From NCBI GenBank assembly GCA_964555065.1, contig CAZKRB010000001.1:43413-107412 (forward strand): a DNA stretch of 64,000 nucleotides. The letters are read 5' to 3'. The DNA is from an uncultured Syntrophus sp. GTDB taxonomy: Bacteria > Desulfobacterota > Syntrophia > Syntrophales > Syntrophaceae. Made by a program: the position numbers and the translations under genes. The notes below the pieces were generated by a model that was not told the origin of the DNA, searched no databases, and was given only the letters and a program-made list of their open reading frames with translations. Positions 50,877 to 60,003 of this stretch are shown here, one piece after another; positions within the stretch are counted from its first letter, which is position 1; each line of letters begins with the position of its first letter.

Positions 50877-51947
50877 CTACTGGGGTTTCGCTTCGTCGGA
50901 TCGGGCGATCAGGAGCACCACGGAACGGGGCTGCACAGTATACGTCGCCCCCCCGACCTCTGGAGCCTGGGACCAGGGACAGAGATCCTCGGGGGAACCG
51001 AGGAACGTGTCGATACATCTCCGCCAGGGCTCATATCCGTCGCCGCCGGCGGGAATCTCAAAGGAAAGCGCTTCCCAGTAAGCGTTGATCATTAAATGCA
51101 GCCGCAACCGGTTTCCCGGGACAGCAACCGTGGCTGCAAGGGTGTGAGATTCATGGCCCCAGTCGGGAGCGTTGAGCCTGATGCCGTGCCATGAAACCGG
51201 CTGGTTGCGCAGCAGTTCGTTCAGGGTGATGTCCAGCCGCTCGAGCGGCCAGTCGCGATTCCGGCGGATCTCGATGAGCTGCTTCGCAAAGCGGTGGATG
51301 TCTGCGTGCCTGGCAAGCAGGCCCCAATCCAGCCAGCTGATTTCGTTGTCCTGGCAGAAGGCATTGTTGTTCCCACTCTGGCTCCGCCGGACTTCATCGG
51401 CCATGAGCAGCATGGGCGTTCCGATCGACAGCAGGGTGAGGGTGAGAAAATTCTTCACCTGCCGGTTGCGCAGCCGTTCCACCTCCGGGTCCTCGGTGGG
51501 CCCTTAGACGCCGCAGTTCCAGCTCAGATTGTCATCCGATCCGTCGCGGTTTTCCTGGCTGTTTTCCTCGTTGTGCTTCTCGTTGTAAGAGACAAGCTCG
51601 TTCAGGGTGAAGCCGTCATGGCTGGTGATATCGAGCAGCACTTTCTCCGGGTCAAAGCAAAGGCCCCTGTCCGGATCGAAGGGTCCGGACACGCGGTAGG
51701 CGTGACGCTGTCCCGCGGAGATTCCCGGCACAAACACATGCCAGTAATGGTAAGTCCGATGGGTCAGCCGATCCAGCTCGATCACCCGGGCCGGCTTCCG
51801 GTCATCGACGGCATCGAAAAGAAGGAGCTGCACCGCTTCACTTCCCTTCGAAAAAACGCTGAAATTCACGCCTTTCGGGTGCACGGTGGCGCCAAGAGGA
51901 AAGCTTCTGCCGGCGCCGTGGAGCAGGGCTTTTTCTGTACGGCTCAT
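50877..51947 (-). pseudogene. glgX: Glycogen debranching enzyme with in-frame internal deletion and nonsense codon
   Basis: CBM48 N-terminus ...KVLLD fused directly to ITSHDGFTL (near 51630); WNCGV-TAA-GPTED at 51504-51506; about 356 codons versus about 690 typical. Confidence 0.9.
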
Positions 51948-52057
51948 CTGATCTGTCTCCTCCTTCTGATCAGGGCTTCAACAGCCACGTGCCGATTCTT
52001 TCGGGGTTCCGTTCTTCCTCGGGGATCGGGATTCGGGTTTCCGGCTTCCTTGGCATC

Positions 52058-54592
52058 TCATTTCACCGGGCAGGGCTTCACGTTCCAGATGTCCGCCGCA
52101 TATTCGGCGATCGTCCGATCGCTGGAGAACTTCCCGGAGCCGGCGACGTTCAGGATGGCCTTGCACGCCCATTCCCGCGGGTCGGCGTACAGGGCGCAGA
52201 GAAGCCGGTCGGCATAAAGATAGGACGTCAGGTCCGCCAGGTGCATGTAGGCGTCCCCCTTCGTCAGCAGCGTGTCGACGATGGGGTTGAAAATCCCCGG
52301 CTCCTGGCGGCTGAAGGCGCCGGAATCGATCTGGTCGAGAGCCATGCGGGTTTCAGGCTCGCTTTCATAGTGCCACCGGGGATTGTACCAGCCGCGGCTG
52401 CCCGCCACCTGGTCCGCCGTCAGGCCGAAAAGGAAGAAGCTCTCCTCGCCGGCCTCCTCGGCCATTTCGATCGTTGCGCCGTCTCGTGTCCCCAGGGTCA
52501 GGGCGCCGTTCATCATGAATTTCATGTTGCTCGTCCCGCTGGCTTCATAGCCTGCCGTCGAGATCTGGTTGGACACGTCGCTGGCGGGAATCAGCCGCTC
52601 TGCCAGGGAGACGCGGTAGTCGGGCAGGAACAGGACCTTGAGTCGGCCCGCAACCGCCGGGTCGCCGTCGATGGTATCCGCGAGGTTGTGGATCAGCTTG
52701 ATGATCAGTTTGGCCAGGTGATAGGCCGGGGCTGCCTTGCCGGCGAAAAAGAAGGTCCGCGGCGGCAGGTCGAGACCGGGGTCTTCCCGCAGCCGGTTGT
52801 AAAGCACGATGATGCGCAGGACATTGAGCAGCTGCCGTTTGTACTCGTGGATCCGTTTGACCTGGCAGTCAAAGAGGGTCTCGGAATCCACGATCTGGCC
52901 GGTTGCGCCTTTGAGCCAAGCGGCGAAGGACGCTTTGGCCTCGCGCTTGGCGTTCAGGAAGGCATCCTGAAAGCTCCTGTCCCTGGCCAGAGGCTTGAGC
53001 CTTTCCAGCTGATTCAGATCGGTGATCCAGCCGTCGCCGACGGCCTCCGTGATGACCCGGGAAAAAGCCGGGTTCGCCAGGAGCAGCCAGCGCCTGGGGG
53101 TGACGCCGTTGGTCTTGTTGTTGAAGCGTTCGGGAAATAATTCAGCAAGGTCCCGGACCGTGACCGTGCGCAGGAGGCTGGAGTGGATGGCGGCCACCCC
53201 GTTAGTGCTGTGGGAGCCGACGATGGCCAGGTTGGCCATGCGGATCTTCTTCTCGCCGCCCTCCTCGACGAGGCTCACCCGGGCGACCCTTCCCTCGTCA
53301 CCGGGAAAGCGCCTCCGGACCTCATCGAGAAGCCCGCGGTTGATCTCGTAGATAATCTCCAAAAGGCGGGGCTGCAACATTTCAAACCACGACAGCGGCC
53401 ATTTTTCCAAAGCCTCGGGCAGGAGCGTGTGGTTGGTATAGGCAAGGGTCCGCTGGGTCAGGTCCCACGCCTGTTCCCAGGGCAGCTTCCCTTCTTCGAG
53501 CAGAATCCGCATCAGTTCGGGAACGGCCAGCGCGGGGTGGGTGTCATTGAGCTGAATGGCCACCTTTTCGGGAAAGGCCTTCCAATCCGCATTGCTGCGC
53601 CGGAAACGCCGCACAAGATCCCCGAGCGAACAGGCAACGAGGAAATACTCCTGCAGGAACCTCAGTCCCTGTCCCATGCTGGTGGAGTCATCGGGGTACA
53701 GGACCCGGGTGAGAGATTCGCCGGCCAGGGTTCCGGCCAGGGCGGCGACAAAATCCCCGCTGCTGAACTTCGCGAAGTCGAAGAAATCCGGCGCCGCCGC
53801 CGACCAGAGTCGGAGGGTATTGATGGTTTTCCCGCCGAAGCCGACGACGGGGCGGTCAAAGGGGATCCCCAGCAGGGTGGAGGGCCGGCCGGGAACCAGG
53901 CGCAGGCTCCCCCCGTGCAGTTCGGCGGTGCAGTTGATCTTCACTTCCACAAGGTCGGAGAGCCGTTTGACCTCCCAGGGGTCCGGGTGGCGGAGCCAGT
54001 TGTCCGGCTGCTCCACCTGCCAGCCGTCCCGGATGGTCTGGCGGAAGATGCCGTATTCATAACGGAGGCCGTATCCCATCGCGGGGAGCTGCATCGTGGC
54101 CATGGAATCGAGAAAACACGCCGCCAGGCGCCCCAGCCCCCCGTTGCCGAGGCCGGCATCGGGCTCCTGTTCGAGCAGATCGAAGGGGGAGACCTTCTCT
54201 TTCTCCATGACCTGCTTTGCCAGCGGAGCGAGCAGGAGGTTGGTCAGGTTGCCGGCCAGGGAACGGCCGAGGAGAAACTCCATGGAGAGGTAATAGATGC
54301 GCTTGGGATTTCTGCGTCCGTACGTATCTTCGGTCGCGACCCACCGTTGGGAGAGGACATCCCGCACCGACCGGGCCGCAGCCTCGAAGCGCTCGCGCAG
54401 GCCGGCAGCTTCGAGCCCGAGTGCGTTGTCGAAAAGGAGGTGACGTTCGTAGAGCCCGTCCGTTCCTGAAAAGGGAATCGGGCCGCATCCGTACTGCTTG
54501 AGGAGGTTTCCCAGGCCGTCAGCCTCTTTCGATCCGGGATCGGGCTTCCCGGTCTTCGGGTCCTGCCCGACATCCTTTTTCCCGTTCTTCAT
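52058..54592 (-). CDS. glgP: Glycogen/maltodextrin phosphorylase
   Basis: YLSMEFLLGR, LGNGGLGRLAACFLDS, QLNDTHP, KRIHEYKRQ, EASGTSNMK PLP site. Confidence 0.96.
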   Translation of the reverse strand: MKNGKKDVGQDPKTGKPDPGSKEADGLGNLLKQYGCGPIPFSGTDGLYERHLLFDNALGLEAAGLRERFEAAARSVRDVLSQRWVATEDTYGRRNPKRIYYLSMEFLLGRSLAGNLTNLLLAPLAKQVMEKEKVSPFDLLEQEPDAGLGNGGLGRLAACFLDSMATMQLPAMGYGLRYEYGIFRQTIRDGWQVEQPDNWLRHPDPWEVKRLSDLVEVKINCTAELHGGSLRLVPGRPSTLLGIPFDRPVVGFGGKTINTLRLWSAAAPDFFDFAKFSSGDFVAALAGTLAGESLTRVLYPDDSTSMGQGLRFLQEYFLVACSLGDLVRRFRRSNADWKAFPEKVAIQLNDTHPALAVPELMRILLEEGKLPWEQAWDLTQRTLAYTNHTLLPEALEKWPLSWFEMLQPRLLEIIYEINRGLLDEVRRRFPGDEGRVARVSLVEEGGEKKIRMANLAIVGSHSTNGVAAIHSSLLRTVTVRDLAELFPERFNNKTNGVTPRRWLLLANPAFSRVITEAVGDGWITDLNQLERLKPLARDRSFQDAFLNAKREAKASFAAWLKGATGQIVDSETLFDCQVKRIHEYKRQLLNVLRIIVLYNRLREDPGLDLPPRTFFFAGKAAPAYHLAKLIIKLIHNLADTIDGDPAVAGRLKVLFLPDYRVSLAERLIPASDVSNQISTAGYEASGTSNMKFMMNGALTLGTRDGATIEMAEEAGEESFFLFGLTADQVAGSRGWYNPRWHYESEPETRMALDQIDSGAFSRQEPGIFNPIVDTLLTKGDAYMHLADLTSYLYADRLLCALYADPREWACKAILNVAGSGKFSSDRTIAEYAADIWNVKPCPVK

Positions 54593-54829
54593 CGCTTCTC
54601 CTCTCTGGAAAAATAGTCCCGGCGGCACCTTCATTGCCCGGCAAGGTCCGGTCGAATCACCGTCCGGGGAAGTCCTCTTGATTGTTGAGCGACTCAGGGC
54701 AACGGCGCATCCTGAAAGAGGTGGCGTCCGGCTGTGTTGCCATGGCGCTGTCGCCAGAATCCCGCGTGGAGATTACGGATCATCAGTCCAAAAAATATTC
54801 CAGCGTGATCAAGTCCTTCCGAATAAGTA

Positions 54830-54842
54830 TAACCATTTGATA
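54830..54842 (-). promoter_or_regulatory. IHF site candidate
   Basis: Minus strand TATCAAatggTTA matches WATCAA-N4-TTR; lies between the UAS and the glgP promoter region. Confidence 0.55.
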
Positions 54843-54897
54843 CGTAACCTTATTTATAGGATGTAGCCGAGATCCAGATGGATTGGATCAGGAATCC

Positions 54898-54934
54898 CCC
54901 GCAATATGTTGCGGATCTGCGGGATGTTGTGGGA
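54898..54934. promoter_or_regulatory. Conserved 37-bp candidate enhancer (UAS), copy 2
   Basis: cccgcaatatgttgcggatctgcgggatgttgtggga, containing the near-palindrome CGCAAtatgTTGCG; immediately downstream of the activator gene. Confidence 0.7.
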
Positions 54935-54958
54935 GGCTGATGCGGATAGCCGATTTTG

Positions 54959-57001
54959 TCAGGGTCGCTGAATCCCCAGTTTCTTGATCCGGAACCGGAG
55001 GGTGCTGGGGTTGAGGCCGAGGAGAGCGGCGGCTCCGCCTTTTCCTTCGATTTTCCAACCTGTTTTTCGCAGAACCTGCAGGATGTGCTCGCGCATGACC
55101 GCTTCGAACTCCTTGGGAGGCTCACCTTCCCCTTTGGCCGGCTCGGGTTCAAGGGGGTCAACCAGCCGTAGTTCCGGCTCGTATTCAAGGGGGTCAGCCA
55201 GGCGCAATTCCGGCTCGGGGCTGGTGATGACGGCCCTTTCAATAACATGCTCCAGTTCCCTCACATTGCCGGGCCAGGGGTAGGAGCGGAGCATCTGCAT
55301 CGTATCCTTTGCAATGCCTTCCAACCGCCTTCCGAATTTCCGGGTGTACTTCTCCATGAAATACCGGGCTAGTTCGGGGATGTCATCGGCCCGCATCCGC
55401 AATGGGGGAAGGGTGACGGGAAAGGTGTTGAGCCTGTAGTAGAGATCCTCCCGGAACCGGCCCCTGCGTATCTCCTCCTTCAGCTCCCGGCTTGTCGAGG
55501 CGATCACCCTCACGTCCACCGTGACCGTCCTGGGAGAGCCTAGCCGTTCAAACTCTCCGTCCTGCAGCACCCTCAAAAGCTTCGCCTGGAGCTCCAGCGG
55601 CAACTCGCCGATTTCGTCCAGGAAGATCGTCCCCCCGTCCGCCACTTCGAAACGTCCGGCCTGTCTGACGTGTGCGCCCGTGAAAGCGCCCTTCTCCCGT
55701 CCAAAAAGCTCGCTTTCGATCAGGTTTGCCGGAAGGGCGGCGCAGTTGACCGTGACCATCACTTTATCCCTGCGGCCGCTCATTTCATGGATGGCATGGG
55801 CGACCATCCCCTTTCCCACGCCCGTCTCGCCGAGGATCAGGACGGTGGCATCGGTCGGCGCGACCTGCTGAGACCGGAAGAGGACATACTGAAGGGTGTC
55901 GCTGTTTCCGATAATCTTGCCGAACCCCAGTCCCGTCTTGAGTTCCTCGCGGAGATAAAGGTTCTCTTTCTCCACTTGGAGCTTCAACTTCTCAATCTCT
56001 GCCAGTTGCTCCCGAAGGCGGTCTTCCATTTCCTTGTGTTCGGTAATGTCCATGGATACGCCCATCAGGCGCAGGGGGAATCCCTCGGCGCTGCCGTGAA
56101 GGCCCCCGAGGCTCAAGATCCAGCGGATCGTCCCATCGGGTTTCCGGATCCGATATTCAACTCGAAAGAGGGCCTGCGTTTCCACTCCTTGCCGGACAAT
56201 TTCTCTGACCCTTTTCCGATCCTCGAGATGAATGACTTCCAGCATCCGTTCGAAACTCAACTTCTCGCCAGGGTGAAATTCAAAAACTTCCCTCAATATC
56301 GGCGTTGCCCAGACGTGACCGGTGTTTATGTCCAGAATCCATAGACCTGCTTCCGCGGCTGATGTTGCGAGGTTCAGACGCTCTTCGCTTTCCTGTAAGG
56401 CCTTCTGGACTCTGCTTCGCTCCAGGGCATTGACGAAGATTTCTCCCAGCAGCCGCAGGCGGGGGATTAATTCCTTGGGCCAAGCGCGCTCGTGCTTCAA
56501 CGAGTTAATGGCAATCACATGATCAACGGGTCCCCCGATCAGGATGGGGATATTCAGATTGGATCGGATGCCCCATTTGATCCAGGTTTTACGGTCCGCC
56601 TCCGCTTCCGTCGGCAGCTCATTCAGCTTTGCAAGGGAGAGTACTTCCCGTTTCCGTATCAGCTTATCGTACGCCCAGGGATTGATGGATACCGGGAGAT
56701 CCACACCCACAGGAACGGGAGGCACACCGGCAGCGGAAACGGAATGGGTGATCATCCAGGTTTTCCTGTCCGGAAACATTTCGATCAGGGCGAACCGATC
56801 GACCTTGAAGAACCGCAGGACCTCCATCATCGCCTTGTGAATTTCCTCATCGACCCGTTCGGAAGAAACACGGATAAATCCTGCTGAAATTTCGGAGAGC
56901 AGTTCCTCGAAAAGCAATCGTTCCCTCAGGCCAACCTCAGCCTGCTTCCGCCTTTCCACTTCCCGTTCCAATCGGTCGCCGGAGTCCATAAGCTTCCGCA
57001 T
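54959..57001 (-). CDS. sigma54 enhancer-binding protein (GAF-PAS-AAA+-HTH, FhlA/NifA-like)
   Basis: GAF-like N-terminus, PAS ([12 protein letters not shown]), [26 protein letters not shown]; no receiver domain. Confidence 0.93.
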   Translation of the reverse strand: MRKLMDSGDRLEREVERRKQAEVGLRERLLFEELLSEISAGFIRVSSERVDEEIHKAMMEVLRFFKVDRFALIEMFPDRKTWMITHSVSAAGVPPVPVGVDLPVSINPWAYDKLIRKREVLSLAKLNELPTEAEADRKTWIKWGIRSNLNIPILIGGPVDHVIAINSLKHERAWPKELIPRLRLLGEIFVNALERSRVQKALQESEERLNLATSAAEAGLWILDINTGHVWATPILREVFEFHPGEKLSFERMLEVIHLEDRKRVREIVRQGVETQALFRVEYRIRKPDGTIRWILSLGGLHGSAEGFPLRLMGVSMDITEHKEMEDRLREQLAEIEKLKLQVEKENLYLREELKTGLGFGKIIGNSDTLQYVLFRSQQVAPTDATVLILGETGVGKGMVAHAIHEMSGRRDKVMVTVNCAALPANLIESELFGREKGAFTGAHVRQAGRFEVADGGTIFLDEIGELPLELQAKLLRVLQDGEFERLGSPRTVTVDVRVIASTSRELKEEIRRGRFREDLYYRLNTFPVTLPPLRMRADDIPELARYFMEKYTRKFGRRLEGIAKDTMQMLRSYPWPGNVRELEHVIERAVITSPEPELRLADPLEYEPELRLVDPLEPEPAKGEGEPPKEFEAVMREHILQVLRKTGWKIEGKGGAAALLGLNPSTLRFRIKKLGIQRP
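55148..55216 (-). repeat. 36-bp tandem duplication in the activator linker
   Basis: [12 protein letters not shown] / [12 protein letters not shown]; ttcaagggggtca at 55148 and 55184. Confidence 0.85.
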
Positions 57002-57483
57002 CCTAAAACCCTCCATTCCTTGGTTTCGGGGACGTAAGCGGAGTTGCATCCCTTCCTGAACGATTCCGTACGCTCTTCTTTAACTGGAGAGACGGACGCA
57101 GCGAAGCGGGCAGCGGCAAGACCTGCGTGGAGCCTGGAAAGCAGTCAGGGAAGCGGCATGACGGGGGGAAACCCCGCGGTTCGCAAGGCCGCTGATACAG
57201 GGGAGAGGGGATGAGGAAAGGGAGAATGTCGTGCCGGATAAAAGCGGGGTTTGCGACCATCCTTACACCGCCTTTCTGGGTCCTGCATCGGAATTCCAAA
57301 AGGAGCAGCATCTGGATTCCCATGTTTCCCGATAGGTAAGATTCTTTCATCCTTATTGATTTTAAAGGCACGGCAGGGAAAGAAGCAAGAAAAATGTTGA
57401 CCCGGGAGGCTGAGCCGGTCCCTCACTTAGAGGCAAGCGGCCCCGCGCTTTTCCCGGGATGGCGGTAGGTCCGGGGAACGGTT

Positions 57484-57717
57484 CTATTTCTTCAAGTTCC
57501 TCACGATTCTGATCCGGTATTCCCCCTCGCCAACATCTTCGGTTTCGATGGAGATTTGCTCGGCTTCAAAGAGATTGTACTCCTCAAGCATCAGCCGCCG
57601 CCGTATGTTCAGCGACTTGGTTACGGCATCTCTTGACTCCCTTGTGGCAAAGGACAAAACCATCTCGCACTCCGGCTCCAGTTCTACCGCTTTCCAGAAA
57701 ATGATCTCCGTATTCAT
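57484..57717 (-). CDS. Small hypothetical protein (77 aa)
   Basis: SD gaggga before the ATG; globular-looking sequence MNTEIIFWKAVELEPECE... Confidence 0.55.
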   Translation of the reverse strand: MNTEIIFWKAVELEPECEMVLSFATRESRDAVTKSLNIRRRLMLEEYNLFEAEQISIETEDVGEGEYRIRIVRNLKK

Positions 57718-57907
57718 CTCTGTTGCTCCCTCGATGGTTCCGACCATGAGCCGCTGATCCCGGGTCGCCTTTTTCCCCCTGTCCGCCCTGGCGATGACAT
57801 CGATCCCCAGCGCGACGGCCGTTCTTGCCTGTCGTTTCGCTTCCCGCGGCGGTTGATTGCCGCTGGATCAGAGCGAAACTCCCCGGTCAGTGAAGGTGGT
57901 TTTTTCT

Positions 57908-57958
57908 GTTTCCACACAAGAGTTCATCCACACGCCCTGTGGAAAAGCCTGTGGATAA
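57908..57958. promoter_or_regulatory. DnaA-box cluster
   Basis: GTTTCCACA 57908, TCATCCACA 57924, TGTGGAAAA 57938 and perfect TGTGGATAA 57950, followed by an AT-rich tract. Confidence 0.65.
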
Positions 57959-58316
57959 CCTTGTTGATATCTCGGGTAAGTAAGCAAATCTTACAACTAT
58001 TGATCGACTTGCATAAGATTTAGGCAACTAAAATATCAGCAATATCAGTAACATGCGTCTTGGCATTTGAAATTCCTGATGTATTGATCCCACAGACATG
58101 AGCCCTCCACAGGTCCCCGAAAAAAGCAAAAAAATGCCGTTTATCCCGGGGGTTGCTTTCGGGTGTCCCCCCTGTCCGCTTTTGGATGCGCTGCCGCGCC
58201 GATCCGGGCAGACTCCATTATGGTTCTAAAGGATGCCTGTCCATTCCGGAAACCGGAGGGTTTCCCTTTGTTTCTCCATCATTCGGGAATCTTCGTTGGC
58301 CACGAAGGAAAATTTC

Positions 58317-58796
58317 TTATCTCGTCCCGCGGTATACGCCGAAGTAATCGGCGGTGGACAAGGGGATCGAGAACTCATCGTTCAGAATGGCACCCCCGGT
58401 GATTTTCCCGATGAAAAGGGTATGATCGCCGGTATCGACGGTCTTTTCCAGAGAACAGTCCAAGTAGCCGATGCAATGCTCCAGCACGGGAAGGCCGCTG
58501 GGCGACGTCCGGTGGGGGAAGGGATCGAATTTCTTCTTCCAGTCGGCAATTTTGAACTGCCCGATGGCATCGGCGGCTTCCTCCGGCAGGACGTTGAGAC
58601 AGAACCGTCTCCCTTGCAGAATCTGTCCGTGGGCAAGGCGGCTCTTCCGGATGGCCAGCGCCAGAAGGGGAGGCTCATGGGAACACTGGGTCACCCAGGA
58701 GACGATCATGCCATTGTTTCCCTCGGCGGAGGAGACGGTGAGGAGGTAGATGCCGTAAGGAAACCTGTCCAGTAAATCCTGCCATGCTTTTTCCAT
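58317..58796 (-). CDS. Flavin reductase family protein
   Basis: FPYGIYLLT, SWVTQCSHEPPLL, GDHTLFIG. Confidence 0.9.
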   Translation of the reverse strand: MEKAWQDLLDRFPYGIYLLTVSSAEGNNGMIVSWVTQCSHEPPLLALAIRKSRLAHGQILQGRRFCLNVLPEEAADAIGQFKIADWKKKFDPFPHRTSPSGLPVLEHCIGYLDCSLEKTVDTGDHTLFIGKITGGAILNDEFSIPLSTADYFGVYRGTR

Positions 58797-58935
58797 CCTA
58801 TCCTCGTTTCAATAAGGTTTGGGGTTCATGAAAAGCGAGTCGTTGAACCTTTCTTTCCTTCAGCAGCCCCCTTTGCGCGGTGTCCTGCCGCGGGAGCCAG
58901 GGGCTGTGCTTTCCGGGCTGATGGGGCCCGAAGGG

Positions 58936-60003
58936 CTACCACCATTTTTTCCGGCGGAAATAGAGGAGCATGCCGCCGGCGATCATGACCAGCAGACCCC
59001 AGACCATGGCGTAACCCCAACGCCACTCCAGTTCGGGCATGTACTTGAAGTTCATTCCGTAAATCCCGGCGATGAAGGTCAGGGGCATAAAGAGGGTTGC
59101 GATGACGGTGAGGACCTTCATGGTCTCATTCATCCGGTTGCTGACGCTGGAAAGATAGATGTCCAGCATCCCGGAGAGCACGTCCCGGAACGTTTCCAGG
59201 GTGTCGATGATGTGAACGGTGTGATCGTAGATGTCGCGGAAATAGAGGAGGGAAGACCGGCTGATCAGGGGGGAGTCGGAACGTTCCAGGCTGTTGATCA
59301 TCTCCCGGAGCGGCCAGAGGGATTTCCGCAGGATGATCAGCTCCTTTTTCAGTCCCTGGAGAGCGCTGAGCAGTGCCGCCGTGGGGGTTTTCACCAGCGC
59401 CTCCTCAAGGAGTTCGATTCGTTCCCCCACGTCTTCCAGGATAAGAAAGTAATGGTCCACAATGGCGTCGATGAACGCGTGGGTCAGGTAATCCGGTCCG
59501 CTCTGGCGGAGTTTTCCCTTGGCATTGTGAAGCCGTTCGCGGACGGCGTCAAAGGTGTCGCTTGCCCTTTCCTGGAAGGATAGGACGAAGCCGGCGCCGA
59601 AGAGGATGCTGATCTGTTCCGATTTGATGCCGCTGCCGGAGCGGTCTTCACTGTAGAACATCCTCAGCACGAGATAGAGGTAATCCCCGTAGTCTTCCAT
59701 TTTCGAACGCTGATCGGTATTCAGAATGTCCTCCAGGGTGAGAGGGTGCACTCCCAGGATCAGCCCCAGTTCTTCCAGAACCGTCGCCTCGGGGATGCCT
59801 TCAAAGCGGATCCAGGTGACGCCGGTCTTTTTGAGGAAGGGAACGCATTCCGTGATCTGCCGGATTTCCCTTTCCTCGAAGTTCGAGGCCTCGTAGTGGA
59901 TCAGGGAAATTCTGGAGGGCTCCGCCCCCCTCTCTCCGACATGAACGAGGGAGCCCGGCGGCAGTCCCACTTTTCCCGAGCGGGTCTTCTTAGCGCGCGT
60001 CAT
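58936..60003 (-). CDS. corA: Magnesium/cobalt transporter CorA
   Basis: GLPPGSLVHVG, HPLTLEDI, FIAGIYGMNFKYMPEL signature. Confidence 0.95.
   Translation of the reverse strand: MTRAKKTRSGKVGLPPGSLVHVGERGAEPSRISLIHYEASNFEEREIRQITECVPFLKKTGVTWIRFEGIPEATVLEELGLILGVHPLTLEDILNTDQRSKMEDYGDYLYLVLRMFYSEDRSGSGIKSEQISILFGAGFVLSFQERASDTFDAVRERLHNAKGKLRQSGPDYLTHAFIDAIVDHYFLILEDVGERIELLEEALVKTPTAALLSALQGLKKELIILRKSLWPLREMINSLERSDSPLISRSSLLYFRDIYDHTVHIIDTLETFRDVLSGMLDIYLSSVSNRMNETMKVLTVIATLFMPLTFIAGIYGMNFKYMPELEWRWGYAMVWGLLVMIAGGMLLYFRRKKWW

Noticed and set aside
50863-51018. N-terminal extension of fbaA
   Set aside because: Overlaps the glgX remnant; the SD-preceded ATG is at 50862
51504-51506. In-frame stop in glgX as possible Sec/Pyl recoding
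   Set aside because: The codon is TAA at an expected Glu position, and the gene already lacks its catalytic core
57140-57200. Resemblance to a c-di-GMP riboswitch, SRP RNA or group II intron domain V
   Set aside because: Diagnostic conserved strings are absent; kept only as a generic low-interest structure
57003-57426. ORFs 57003..57371 and 57145..57426 upstream of the activator
   Set aside because: Pro/Arg/Cys-rich, mutually overlapping, no motifs; probably non-coding
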